A stretch of 64,000 bases of DNA, taken from positions 55,676,001 through 55,740,000 of the forward strand of contig NC_045708.1 in assembly GCF_009834535.1 (NCBI RefSeq), written 5' to 3'. This stretch comes from Camelus ferus (taxonomy: Eukaryota). The position numbers and the translations under genes were made by a program. Shown one piece after another: positions 24,986-37,725 of this stretch. The notes below the pieces were generated by a model. The model saw only the letters and a list, made by a program, of their open reading frames with translations. It ran no database searches and was not told the DNA's origin. Every line of letters starts with the position of its first letter. The stretch's first letter is position 1.

Positions 24986-25379
24986 TGTGGAAGGTGCATG
25001 TATTCACCAACTATCTGCTGCTTCTCCACTTCAGGTCGGGCTGGCAGGTCTCCGTCACCTTGAAGTAAGCACGACCGTAGGACTCGTTCTAGCCAATGAA
25101 ATTTGAGTGAAAAACGCTATGTGTCACTTTGAGGGCAGAGTCGTTTGAGGGCTCCTGCAGGAGCCTCCATTTAATCCCCCAGGTCCAGCAATCGGTGACA
25201 TTCTGCACGCCGGTGCTTTCCTCAGCCTGTCGTTCCGAGTGAGGAGAGCATAGAACAGAGCCCCCGCAAACTCATGATGGACATGAACACAAACAAGGAA
25301 CAAACCTTTGCTCCTTAAAGCCACTGAGATCTGGGGTTATTGGCTATCCCGGCCAAGCTGGCCCATAGTAACCAATACA
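24986..25379 (+). mobile_element. Old MaLR LTR (MLT1I/J-like)
   Basis: TGTGG start; AAGCCACTGAGAT…CCAATACA end typical of MLT1. Confidence 0.7.
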
Positions 25380-27924
25380 GCCAGAGGGTGGCTGTGTGAC
25401 CTAGAAAAGCTAATGACAGGCTCCCGTTTTCCCATCAGAAAATGAAGAGGGCCTGGTACGTAGGAAGCTTTCAGAAAATGGAAGCTGGCTCATCCTCATG
25501 ATAAGGGCCAGACTGTCGTAACTCCCCGCTCCGTGCCGGTCACTGCCTTCCCTTTACACACATTAGCTCATCCTCACTCCAGCCTTACAACTGAGGTGTT
25601 ACTGATCTTTCCATAGAGGATGAAACCAAGCCTCAGAGAAGTTTACCAGCTTCATGAAGGTCAACCAGCCTGTAAGTAAAAGAACCAGATCTTTCCAATC
25701 AGCGCTCTTACTTTTCCCACAATGCCTCTTCCCCTAAATGTAGCTAATTCATCTGTAAATAAGTAAGAACTTAGTTACAATGTATTAGTAATTAAGATAA
25801 ACATCTTGACATTAAAGGAACACATAAAAAGAGAATAAATTACATAGATTTTTAAATCATCACCTTCTTCTGTATCCATGACACCTTTCTCACTAAAGAC
25901 TTGATTCCTTCTAAAGCTATACCTAGCAATTCCTAATCTGAGGTTGCAAACTGCTAAGGGTTTAATAAAGTAATAATATGGGTCTGCAAGTTATTCTCAG
26001 GATTTCCACAAGCCTATGTGGAAATAATGAACTTGCAGAGGGTACTATCACCAAGAGAAATAAAAATAGTTGTCTTTCTTTTTCTTTTTTTATCAGAATT
26101 TATGGGTCATCTCAGTATGGTACATTTGGCTTTCTCATAGGAAGGCAATATTTGCTATCACTCCTGAATAAAAGTGCAGGCTTTTTCAGAACATTAAGTT
26201 TATGATGATTTAAAAAATAGTATACAAGGAGCTCTTGCTTATCAAAAGGTTGTTAAACAGTATTATATCCCAAACCTCACATTTTGGCTAGGACAAGCCT
26301 GAATTTACTTTTTTCCCCATGTTTTTTGCAACTTAGCTCCTAATAACCCAGATTATCCCCTAAGTCCAGAGAAGTGCTGAGAGGCTGCACAGCAGGACAC
26401 ATAGCTGACACCAAGGAAGAACGGCAGACACCGCAGCGTTAGTAGGGGGACCAGCAAGGGAGTGAATTCAGAGGAACCCACGGGGGAAGCAACTCTTCTG
26501 TAGTTAATTTGATGAAAGGAAGAGCTGATGGATGAAATGAAAGGGACAGAATCACAGGAGCATGTCACTTTGGGGGACATGGTCAGGACACACCTAGAAT
26601 TTGGGGGAAGATGCATCTCGGAGGAACTGGCAAGAGATCTTTGCAGGAAACGTGAGTCAAAGTGAATGAGACACAGTCAAACGGCATTCTGTGGCCACTC
26701 TTCCCTCCACCTCCCCCTGCTGGAAATCGGCTACTCGTTTTCAGACTGACTGTGTTAAAGATGCTCCAGGTGTCACAGGAGCAAGCACAGGGGTCAAGTG
26801 TTTCAAAGAGACCTTTTGTCCAGATTTCCAGAGGACACTTATAGGTCTTGTCATCAAATAAGCCTCTCTACTATAGCTGCAGCTGCAGTAATGACAATTA
26901 AAGGAAAAATTACTGAATATATGACAAGTGCCAGGTTCTGTGCTAAATACTGTAAGTGCCATGTTTCATGGTATGCTCAAAGGCTATTAATTCCGCTCCT
27001 CCCCTTTAATAGAGAAAGGTAATGAGAAGCAGGGAATTGAAGTAATTTGCCCAAGTCACAGGCTCGTAAGTGGCGACACCTCCATAGCAATGGCTTTCAG
27101 CCCCCATGTCCCACTGTCCCCGGCAGGATGGCTGGGCAGGAGCAGAACCACACGTGGATGGTGTCATCAAGAAGGCAGAAGGAAACCAGCATTTATCATG
27201 TGCACCAATGTGCTAACGATCCCCATACACTATCCCATTAAATCCCCACCGTTCTGGGGGTGGGGGTGTTGTTATCCTCAGGTACAGATGAGAACATTGC
27301 AGCTTAGAGAGATGAACAGATTGTCCCAATGAGACAAGGTAAGTCACAACCCCAGTTATTCTAGATTTACACTTAATGATGCTGCCTCTGTCACAAGTTG
27401 ATTCTGATTTAGCCTCAAAGACGTTATTTGCCCCTATAAAATATCAAGATATCAGACCAAATTGCAGTTCATCGGAGAAAGACCTGGATATTTGGTTGGA
27501 AACTCAATCTAAAGCCATTTTATGAGATGGCAACTAAAAACGTCAATGTGATACTGGTTTACACTCTCAGATGTACAAGTTCTGTGTTTTGCATTGATCT
27601 GATCACGTCTGGAACACTGTCTGTGTGGTGGAGTTATATCTCAAGGCACATATCCGTCACTGCAACCTCTGAGTCGTGTTCAGAAAGCCCTCTTCATTCA
27701 GTTTAAGGTAAGGGAAAGCACTCCCTCTCACCCATGGGAGGTAGTTGTGGAAACCAAGAGAAACCAACTATTTATAGTTTCCTTCAATGAAATCTTCACC
27801 AACAATTTCTTCCTCTTTGCAAGGAATTGTCTTTTTTATTATACCTTGGTAGTGAGTGAGGGACGGGCTGATGCACATCTTATATGTGTGCCTGGCACTT
27901 CTCTCTAAGGAGTGTCTGGACATC

Positions 27925-28031
27925 ATGTAGGGTCATGAAGGCTGTGCACAGCATGCACAACCCAAAAGTGTGCTGTCCACAGACCATGATGCGAATGGTG
28001 CCCTCTGCAGTTGTGCAACTTGGCAGCCCTA
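27925..28031. mobile_element. Short palindromic hAT MITE (MER91-like)
   Basis: AGGG…TGCACAAC…GTTGTGCAAC…GGCAGCCCT self-complementary structure. Confidence 0.5.
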
Positions 28032-28229
28032 TTGGCACCTATTGTTTTATTTCTCCGTCGATGGGACCTCTGCTTAAATTAAGATACAGGAAGACTGTTT
28101 CACTTACTTCTGGGTATTACATTCAATATTCCAAAATAAAAGAGTTGCATTTTAAATTGCAATATCAAGGATACATGTATTAAAATGGTGAATATTCTGG
28201 AAACCATTTCATAGGAGAAACCACTGAAA

Positions 28230-28590
28230 TAATGGGTGATATCTAAATTAAACCTGATAGGGCTATGGAAATCATCAGTGTCACCAAATATGTGAAAGGA
28301 TTTCATGCAGAGGATGGAAGAGACAGACAAGTTTCCTGGGAGGTAATTAGGAGAAGAATTTATAAGATGATTTTTGGCTCAGTAAAAGAAAGAACTTTCC
28401 AGAACCAAGCAACAATTAGAAACCCAATTGCAACAATCCTAGGAGTATGGGCACACTTAATGCCCATGTTATGGAAGATGTGTCCAAAAATGGAGTGGGC
28501 AATGGTTGACAGTAGAGAGCTCATTATCTCTAGAAATAATCCAGAATGAGAATCCGAAATGTTCTACAGGAGATCTTCACGTGGAGTTAT
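28230..28590 (+). mobile_element. CR1/L3 3' fragment
   Basis: Resembles recalled L3 consensus (…GGCTCAGTAAAAGAAAGAACTTTCC…TGTCCAAAAATGGAGTGGGC…). Confidence 0.6.
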
Positions 28591-30567
28591 ATTGTACTAA
28601 ATGGATTGTAAGGTTTCTTATAGGAAATCTTTAAAGTCTGTAAATGCGTGATGGTGACAATTCCCTATGAACTTCCAGCCCTCCATCCCAGAGGAAGGAA
28701 ATCCCTTCACCTCCCTCCTGGAAGGAGGTTGAGGCCTTAAGTAAAATGCTTGCTCCAACCCTGTATGTGGCAATTTCAAAGTTTCTGTCAGGTCTCATGA
28801 AACTAAGCAAACAGCCACAGGGAGTATATGGTTTAGTGAAGGACCTATACTTTTTCATTCCTGGAAGACCCAAGAATCACAAAAGAGAGTGGGAAGAGAA
28901 ATAAGGAACCTAACACGTCTCTGTGTATTAATGAGTCCTGCCAACTCCGCTGTATTTAATCTAGAATGTTTTCCTTCCTCCTTATGGTCTTAAACCAGGA
29001 GTCAAAAGCCCAAAAGCGGAAGAAAAACATGAGACACTAGGGAGTGGCAGGAGCGTAGCAGGCGAGATGACACAGCGTGTCTAGAGCTGGGCTCTGGGGC
29101 GCAGTCGTTCGGTGCCTTCTAGAAGTGCCTTCTGGAATTGCCACATCTTCTTTTTCCAAGGAAGTTAAAAAGTCAGACATTTTTTGGTGAAATTTTCTCA
29201 TTTTCTGAACCTTAGGCAAACCAAACAAAAATGATCTGTGGGTAGGAATTCTGCCCCCTGGTTTCCGGTTTATGACAGCTGATGAGAACTCAGCTGTCTC
29301 CAGACAGGAGGGCTGGTACTTCAGAGGAGGGTGGGAGGGAAGCCCATGCCCGCATTTCTGTCTCCAGGTGAGCCAGCAGACGTCTACTGGGCAGCTGAAG
29401 GTAAGGCGGCGTATGACCAGCTGTACTGGGCGGGGGGGGGGGGGGGGGATCTAAAGAGACACCGTCAGGGCGACTCCCCCGACGGGAGACTGCTCTGCGG
29501 GACCCGATGGGAGGACCAGAGGCCACCCTGCACCGACCCGCTGAAGCTCCCGGCCGTTCCTCTCTCCACTGAGTAGTGAACTTGAGGTCACTGGACCCTC
29601 AGGCAAGTCCAGCCCCTGTAGGTAGGGAGTAGTTTTTCCCCAAAGGGTACATGAACATTCTCAAAGCCAAGTCTGAAGAGAAAACCGTTCTTAGGAAGAA
29701 GCAGAAATCTTAGGAAGTTCAGCAAAGACTGAAACTGGGGACGACCACCAGGAGACCCTCGAGACTTTTAATTCCTTGGATGTTTTCCCTGAGGCTGGGG
29801 GAAAAGTCATATTTACCATGTAATTTTAAATGTCTTTCCCTGACTAAGGTATAACATTTTAGTTCACAGCACATCTGATTTCAGCCCTGTTTTTAGAGGT
29901 AAGCTCCGACAGCTTGTTCATATGGAGTTTAGTTTTAGTTTTGATAGAAGTTTGGTTAAACAACAGAGCACTAGAAGCACCAAAAAAGTGACAGGCACAG
30001 AATACTTGTTTCCCTGTGAGGGGGAACGTGTTTTAAAAAGAGTAAATGGAGAAAGAGCAGAATTTGAAATACGATTAGATTGTAAAGGTAACAGATATAA
30101 TATACAGATATTATAATAATATTTTTTTTCTAGTCATGTGTGTTCCCTAAAATTACAGACAAGTCCTGGAGAGGCAGACCTCGGTTTTCCAGATGAGAGG
30201 AAACGTGGGGCGTAACTCCAGGCCTTAGACATTGTTTTTCATTTACCTAGCGAAGCTCCGCTCGACACACTCAGCTAATCAGAGAAATCCATCAGCGTGG
30301 AGAGGCAGCAGCCCCGTGATGGAGCGGCCGGCCAAGTCAGGCCAGATGGCGTCCCGCCTGAACCGCCCCCTGCACACAAATGGGTGTCAGACAAGGTCGT
30401 CAGCAGGCCCTAAGCCATCCTGCTTTTCCTGTGCTGGGATGATCAGTGATGCAACAAGAATCGTGAACATCTGGGTGAGACGTGCTGCTGCGCCTCCCCG
30501 GAGCTCTCTGAGCTCATCAGACAGCTGGCCTCCACCAGTGTCTTTGGGGCAGGCCAGCCCTGAGTGA

Positions 30568-31250
30568 CTGAGTGCTAATGACTATGAACTGGAGAGTCAT
30601 ACCCCTGAGGAGANNNNNNNNNNNNNNNNNNNNNNNNNNNNNNNNNNNNNNNNNNNNNNNNNNNNNNNNNNNNNNNNNNNNNNNNNNNNNNNNNNNNNNN
30701 NNNNNNNNNNNNNNNNNNNNNNNNNNNNNNNNNNNNNNNNNNNNNNNNNGACAATTAGCCTGAATAAAACTAAGGTGTTTTTAGTTGCCCCAGGCAAATC
30801 GGGCAAGCAACCAAAAATTATCATCAATGGCGTGGAGTTAAAAGTCACACCAATTCCCACCGCCTGTGTAGTCGGCTTGCTATCTAATAACAGGTCCTCT
30901 GCTTTGCTTTTCCGGGACTCTTTGAACAGCCACCAATAGCGGAGCTCATTATCGGAACAAGGAGTAACAACCCATATTAATAAATCCAGCTTATTTGGGG
31001 GAACTTGACAGACGGGATTTGTGGTGATGAAGCATCTGATTACAGACAAAGACCAAAGCGCAAGACTGCCCTGCTGTCCAGTCTCCTCTGTGGATGTGAA
31101 ATTTAGTTCATTACCATTGCCTCCTAGAACAACATTAATTCCACTCCATACAAAACATCAAATGGCCGCACTGGTAACCTTGTCAGGAATAGAGCTACTA
31201 ATCGGCAATTGAAAGAAGATTTGACCTGCCTTTTTAGTAACTGGCAACAG
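30568..31250 (+). mobile_element. Ancient RTE-clade LINE relic (RT C-terminal region; MamRTE-like), partly N-masked
   Basis: Ordered degenerate motifs: LSANDYELESHTPEE (YADD region, 30568), TISLNKTKV (30751), VTTHINKSS (30964), LLSSLLCGCE (31071); contains frameshifts and stops. Confidence 0.7.
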
Positions 31251-31908
31251 TTTCAGTTCAACAGCCATGGAAATAATGAAGTTTTGCAGAAGTGCACAAG
31301 AAAATCTTTGGAAGTTATAATCCATTGCATAGATTGCTAATATTCTAACAGTGTTTATGTAATACTGATTCAAATTTCTACAATTTGGGGGGAGAATTGA
31401 ATTTCCCGCACTATTTGGTTTCTTTTAACAGCAAAATAACTCAAATGTAAACTATATAAAAGCTAAGAACAAATAAAAGAGGAGACTGCTAGGATTGAAT
31501 TGAGGACATAAACTGCTGTAGGGCTTGCTTTCTGCACCTTAAGGTGAATAAAATCTTGGCATTTCCTTTCTCTCTTTCGCTATTTTATTTTTTGCTACTT
31601 CTTTTTCACCAAGCCCATGTGCAGTTCATTAGAATAATAACACTTCTTGATTCCAATGCATCTAAAAGTATGCACTGTCAAGAAAACATATTTTGCCTCT
31701 CCAAACCCAATTATTTCTGGGATGGAAATCACAAACTACTAAACAACTTATAATCTTGTGCATGTATTGAAATCAATAACCTTAGAAATATGGATTGCTA
31801 ATACTGCCAGATAAAGAGACTAACCTTAATTTAGTAAACATTTGTTGAGAGCATATCTGGGGAAAGGTTATTCCTGTCATTCCAAAGTGCCATCTTCCAA
31901 ATTGGTTT

Positions 31909-32425
31909 TGTTACTGAGTCCAAACTCCTGCTCGCTGCACAACGGGCCAATAAATCAGGAGACGTGGTGTTGGGGCAAGGACTAACAACTTTATCTGGAA
32001 AGCCAGCAGGCCAAGAAGACGGCAGACTAATGTCCTGCAGAACCATCTTCCCCAAGTCAGAATTCAGGCTCCTTCTATACTAAAAAGGGGAGGGGCTGTG
32101 GTTGGTTGTTGCAAACTTCTTGGTGTTGGAAATCTTTGTTCTTGCAGCTGTCCGCGGAGATCAGATCACGATGTTCCTGTAAACCTCCAACAAGACAAAT
32201 ATTATTTTCTGTTTTGCAACTTTTATTCTCCATGTAAGTAGGAAAGTGTTATACCTGTAAAGATCAGAGCCTTAAGAATGGGCTCTCCTGTGTATTTCAG
32301 GCTATCGTCCACATTCTTTTACAAAAGGAGCAGAGTAAGCATGACTAAGCCCAGGAAACAGCGCACAGGGTTAGAGCGAAAGGAACAGATCCAATACGGA
32401 GTCAGGTTTGTTCTTTTCTATTACA
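31909..32425 (-). mobile_element. ERV1-type solo LTR, 517 bp, intact ends
   Basis: TG…CA termini with a perfect 4-bp TSD GTTT (31905-31908 / 32426-32429). Confidence 0.85.
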
Positions 32426-34270
32426 GTTTTACCCTGTAATAGAAGAGACTTTTTAATGAAAAAAAAAGTCTCATCTGTCTACCTGAAAATGTCTAAGAGG
32501 TATATGTGATCCTGATCTGATGACAAATTCTTTCACATCTTTATCTTTCAAAAGAAAGCTTCAATCAGGAATTTGTTGGCAAACACATCCAGAGCTTCCT
32601 TAGAAGCAGTAATTATAACTGCCCACTACCACAAGGCAGCCGGAAGCTGAGAGCTGCCAGGTCTGATAAAGCTCACCCTTCATGAAGATCCTTCAATGCT
32701 GACGAATGGGTAGGAATATCTACAATTTCTGTACCTGAGATATGTGTATGGAAACATGGAGATGGCCAAGAGGAAAAGAGGGAGCTGTGTTTGCAGTTCA
32801 TTGACTAGGGGAGGCTCTGGCCCATTGGAAGAAATCAGAGATATTTTTATGTCAAGTGCCCCCTGGGACTTACCTGCCCCAAGGGAGATGCTCAACCACT
32901 GTTGCCTTCACTTTTCTCCTCTAAGACTGTTCTATGTTGATACAGCATTTTAAGGAACAAGAAGAGTATTTACATGCATTATCTTATTTGACACTCACAA
33001 TACCATTTGGATATCAGCTTTATTTTATGTTTGAAAATAGGTTCTGAGGACAGATCTGTACAGCTCCGGGTCCCACAGCCAGTCTTAGGCTCCATCATCT
33101 TGGTCTTCGGATCCCAAGACTCTCTCTCCTTTACTGCTCCGAGCAGCAAGTATTTGGTGATGTGTACCTAGCCAATTTCTATCTTACTTTTAAAATTCTC
33201 TTCACTGTATGTCTTACTTTCAAGGATCATTTATCACCTCCTCTGTTTCCTTTCCTGTTTATTTCTCCGTTCCCCTAGTTCTCGGGTTGTAAAAGTTTTA
33301 CATACATAATGTTGGGAGGTCCATGATTGAAAGTTCTTTATGCAGCATCCTGAGCTCTTCAAAGTTAAAAACATCCTACAAACAAGGCCCATTTTATACT
33401 GAGCCTTGATTTTTCCGTTAAGCACTTTTGTTCAAGTACCAAACACAATTGGCGGCGTTTCGCTTGTCAGAGGGGAAGAAAACAGCTACGTGGCTATAGC
33501 TGATACTGTGCCATCACCATTCTGAGGTGTCAATTCTGGGCGTCACGTTTTTCCTGTGTTCTTAGCTTGATGTCCTATCTTGAATTTTTATTTCACTCGA
33601 ATCATTTTTTTTAAATTCAAAGGCTTCTTTTTACTGCAGCAATTTCAGTTGGAACACTATGTTTGAAAAAAAAAATTCACAGAAAAACTGAAGGTTAAAT
33701 CAGTTTTATTCTGTAAACAGTGCCTAAATTATCATCTTCTTCCCATAACAACCCAATTAATATGTTAGAGCAAAGAGGAAAAGCCAAAAAGTGCGCTGAA
33801 ATCGTAGAGCTAGTGCGACACCTTCTGGTGAGAAACGAACTGCGTTTTTGTCAGCAGCCCCAAAAGCTACTTCAGACAATGGTCCTCCCAGACAGATTTT
33901 AACAGATTTTATTCCGACAAACTGATCTTTGTGACTACTGGTATGCCTCAGGCTCTGTGATAGGCACCGGAACCACTGATAGGGCAAGATAAGATCCTTA
34001 CATTCAATAGTCTAACCGCCTACTATGGAACAAATAGCTCTAACTACACACCTATCTATAGAGAGACTGCAACCAAGTGCCAGCACTGTTGTTGGGTTGG
34101 GTACACAGAAGATGCTGCAGAAGCCCGCGGAAGCAACTTACTCTCTCAGATCAGGGAGGGCTTCACAGAGGTGGTGATGCTGAAGTCTCTAAGGATAAGT
34201 TGATCATTTGAGACAATTTCTGACTAGGGCCAGTGTAAGATCCCAGAGGTTGATTCGCAAATCAAGCTCC

Positions 34271-34427
34271 TTTTTTTTTTTTTTTTTTTTTTTGGTGGGG
34301 GTTGGGGCTGGAAGAATTAGGTTTGGTTATTTATTGTTAGTTTTTTAATGGCGGGACTGGGGATTGAACCCAAGACCTCCTGCATGCTAAGCACACGCTC
34401 TACGACTGAGCTATGTCCTCCTCCCCC
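34271..34427 (-). mobile_element. Camelid tRNA-Ala-derived SINE (Vic-1 type), full length
   Basis: tRNA-like head with A box (TAGCTCAGTCGT) and B box (GGTTCAATCC), C-rich linker, 23-nt poly-A; TSD CAAATCAAGCT(C/A)C at 34258 and 34428. Confidence 0.88.
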
Positions 34428-36339
34428 CAAATCAAGCTACTTTGATTTGCATCTAAGACGTGACTTTTCTAAGAGAAATAAGTGGGTGGGAGGTTGGTTG
34501 CTTGTTTTTCTACCTAACTCGGGTCAGGGAGGGGTGTCTATTTTTTTTTATAATATCTTGGGTTTTGTTTTTTAATTAACATTTCCTTTTGGCCTTGAAT
34601 TTTTACTCAATTCCCTTCTGACTTAAAAATCTTGTTTCTACTCTCAGAATTTGAAATCTCAGTACTTAATGTTATACCAGTTTTTCCAAAGAGTCCAAAC
34701 CACTGTAACACCAGAACCTGGTCAACAATTTGCAGCCATTCAAGCAAGGTAGGAAGTAGGGCATGCAGAGGGGAAAATGCCACACACTGGAAGTCAGAAA
34801 TCATTTCAGTCCATCTGGGGCCAGGAGGGAGATGTGTCTGGAGAGGTGAGGAGGCCCCAACCTCAAAGGGCTTTGAAAGCTCAGCTAAGGAGTGTGGGTT
34901 CACGATCTAGGCTTCAGGGACCCACTGGAAGATGCAAGCATGACAGTGATATGATCAGATTTTCCCATGAGAAAAGTCACTCTGGCTACAGACTGGAGGG
35001 TGGGGTGGGGGTGATGCTAGTGGAGGCCAGACAGAAGCAGAAAGCTGTGAAAAGCGGTCTGGAGATAGGAAGCCTGAATTGGGGCAGGGCATGGCAGGAT
35101 GGGCGGAGTCGAGGGTGTTTCGGGGAAGAGTATCAGCCAGTGTTAGAGGAAGTCTGGATATGAACTCGAGAAAGAAGGATTTTGAAAGATCTTTTATGCT
35201 TCTCTGTCTAAAAAGAAAAGGAACATTTCTCTTCCTTGAAGAGAGAAAGCCCTGTCTCTTAATGCAGAGCTCCTGTTCTTCGTATGTGGTATGAGGAGAG
35301 AGTGAATACATTCTCATCATGCGAGAGCATAACTGCTCCACAAGCCAAGCGTGCAATTTTACAAACTAAATTTGGAGACTTTCAAAAAATATTGATCGCA
35401 CCTGAAAACATTTAACGACTGCAGCTTGGAAACAAGGGCCCAGAGATGCCAATTTGTATTAACGGTGCTTAAGTATGCCCATAAAAAAAACACACCCAGG
35501 ATTTTGGGGAAATTTGGATCACCATAGTACTTTTCAATTTCTTTGAGTACTATGTATACTAGATACGCATTTTTAAAATTGTTTCACTTAATACATTTTG
35601 TGGTTCCACAAGAATCATCATACTAGACAGTATTCTTTTCAAAACAGGTATGTATTGGGTATATTAAAAGCAGCACAAAGGAGAGTAAAAATTCCCAACA
35701 TAAAGTGTCTTAATGTGGCCAAGTAATGTGGTTACAACCATCACCTGTGAATACGTATTCTACAGGAACTAAACAGCAAGCTGAATTATTTTACCCATAA
35801 AAATGTTTGATCAAAAAATTCAAAAATTGTGTCTATTATGAAGTCTATTTTTTGAATCATTTGCTGAATATCTACAGATGTTCTGCAGGTGATCTGGGTG
35901 TGTCGTGCTTCAGATGTTAATTTAAATGTCATCGGGTGGCATTTAGTCATACTTCGCGATTTTATATCAATCAAAGTGAATTTCAAGAATTGAAAAACGA
36001 AACTCCAAGTTTCTTACAAAAAAAGCAGCTTTGGCTACATTCTCTGATTTCTTTATCGGAATGTTTATCACCTCCTGATCTATAAAACGATGAGCCGTCA
36101 CAAGGGTCAGATAAATAAGCAATGTTGCCAAATGTACAAGGTGCTTTGGTCTCTGCCAGGCCTGTGAGGGAGTAATTGTCCACAACCAGCTTTCCCTCAG
36201 GCTTGACATGCTTTACATGTAGCCAGGTGAATTCAAAGTAAAGGATAAACTGACTTCTCTTTGATGTTAATGAATGAAAGAAAACTATTTTAAATCTGTA
36301 GAAATCTTTGGATGGATATAACCATCATAAGCAAGATGA

Positions 36340-36865
36340 TTTTTTAATTTTTAAATTTACAATGTTGTATTAATTTCTGGTGTACAGCATAGTGATCCAG
36401 TTATACACACATATGTATATTCTTTTTCATGTTCTTTTTCACTACAGTTTACTACAAGCTATTGAATATAGTTCCCTGTGCTGTGTTCCCTGTCTATTCT
36501 GTACATAGTTTTTATCAGCCAATCCCAAACTCCCAATTTATCCCTCCCTCCCATCTTCCCTTCCTGGTAACCATAAGTTTGTTTTCTTTGTCTATCGGTC
36601 TCTTTCTGTTCTATAAATAAGTTCATTTGTGTCATTTTTTTAGATTCCACATTTAAGTCATATCATATGGTATTTGTCTTTGTCTGACTTACATCACTTA
36701 GTNNNNNNNNNNNNNNNNNNNNNNNNNNNNNNNNNNNNNNNNNNNNNNNNNNNNNNNNNNNNNNNNNNNNNNNNNNNNNNNNNNNNNNNNNNNNNNNNNN
36801 NNNNNNNNNNNNNNNNNNNNNNNNNNNNNNNNNNNNNNNNNNNNNNNNNNNNNNATAGCCACATG
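36340..36865 (-). mobile_element. L1 3' end (same family as 460-829), partly N-masked
   Basis: Closely similar to the 460-829 copy along the 3'UTR. Confidence 0.85.
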
Positions 36866-37197
36866 CATTTCACTGTTGGTTTTACAGAAATGTTTAGTCA
36901 GTTTTCAATAAGATCACACAGGTCTATTTCCTCAAGATTTCAAGATGCAATCTGTTTTGTTGTGAAATACATAAACTGTTGAATGAACGAAGGAATGAAG
37001 GAATGGCATCAGTTCAATGAGTGAGTAGAACTAGATTATAACATTACTTCTAACACAAGATTACACCAAAACACCATCATCTCTCACTGGATCATAGTAA
37101 TGGCCTCCTCAGTGGTCTTCCACTGTATACCGTCTACAGGGCAGCCAGAGTGGTCTTGTTGAAGCAGCTCAGGTCATGTATTTCCTTGACTTCTTCC

Positions 37198-37725
37198 TGT
37201 GGCTGCCAGCAGTGGATAGTAGGTGAGTTGCCAGGAACTACATCTCAGCATCTACTGGGGCCTCCTCCTAGTCTGCCACCCTGTGTTGCAAATGTCAGAA
37301 AGACAAGTTTTGTGATAAAATTAAGTTCTCCCATTACAGGCACCCATACCAGATTTGAACGCAGAAGTTAAGCATCTTCCTGCAACACTGGGCCATTGCA
37401 CTGGTGAGCAGCATCTGGGACACCTCAGGTTTTTCTGCGTCCCTGCTCTGATGGCCAGTCACCCACTCTCTAGGTGGCGAGAAATGGATTTGGTGTGGCT
37501 GCTGGTTCACTAATCCCTGGATTGCAGCTAACTCCTGCTCTTCTTGATGGGAGCAGAGATAGCACCTCCACTTGGCTGGCCCTCAAAGGCTTGTTCTGGT
37601 GGAGGTCCAGTCTAGACCGTATCCCTCTGTCTTTTCCAGTGATGTTCAAGCACTTATTCTCCGTATAAACCACTTTCTGCTTTACAAAGTGTTTTTATTT
37701 CTCTAGCCAAACCCTAATGGATACG
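37198..37725 (+). mobile_element. ERVL-type LTR (LTR16/LTR33-like) inserted into an L2
   Basis: TGTGGCTGCC start, …AAACCACTTTCTGCTT…CCCTAATGGATAC end; L2-like sequence resumes on both sides (~37110-37197 and ~37730-38220). Confidence 0.6.

Noticed and set aside
30597-31049. 150-aa minus-strand ORF as a novel gene
   Set aside because: Antisense shadow of the RTE LINE relic; partly N-filled
34350-34427. tRNA-Ala-like gene
   Set aside because: Followed by a C-rich linker and poly-A and flanked by a TSD, so it is a SINE head, not a tRNA gene
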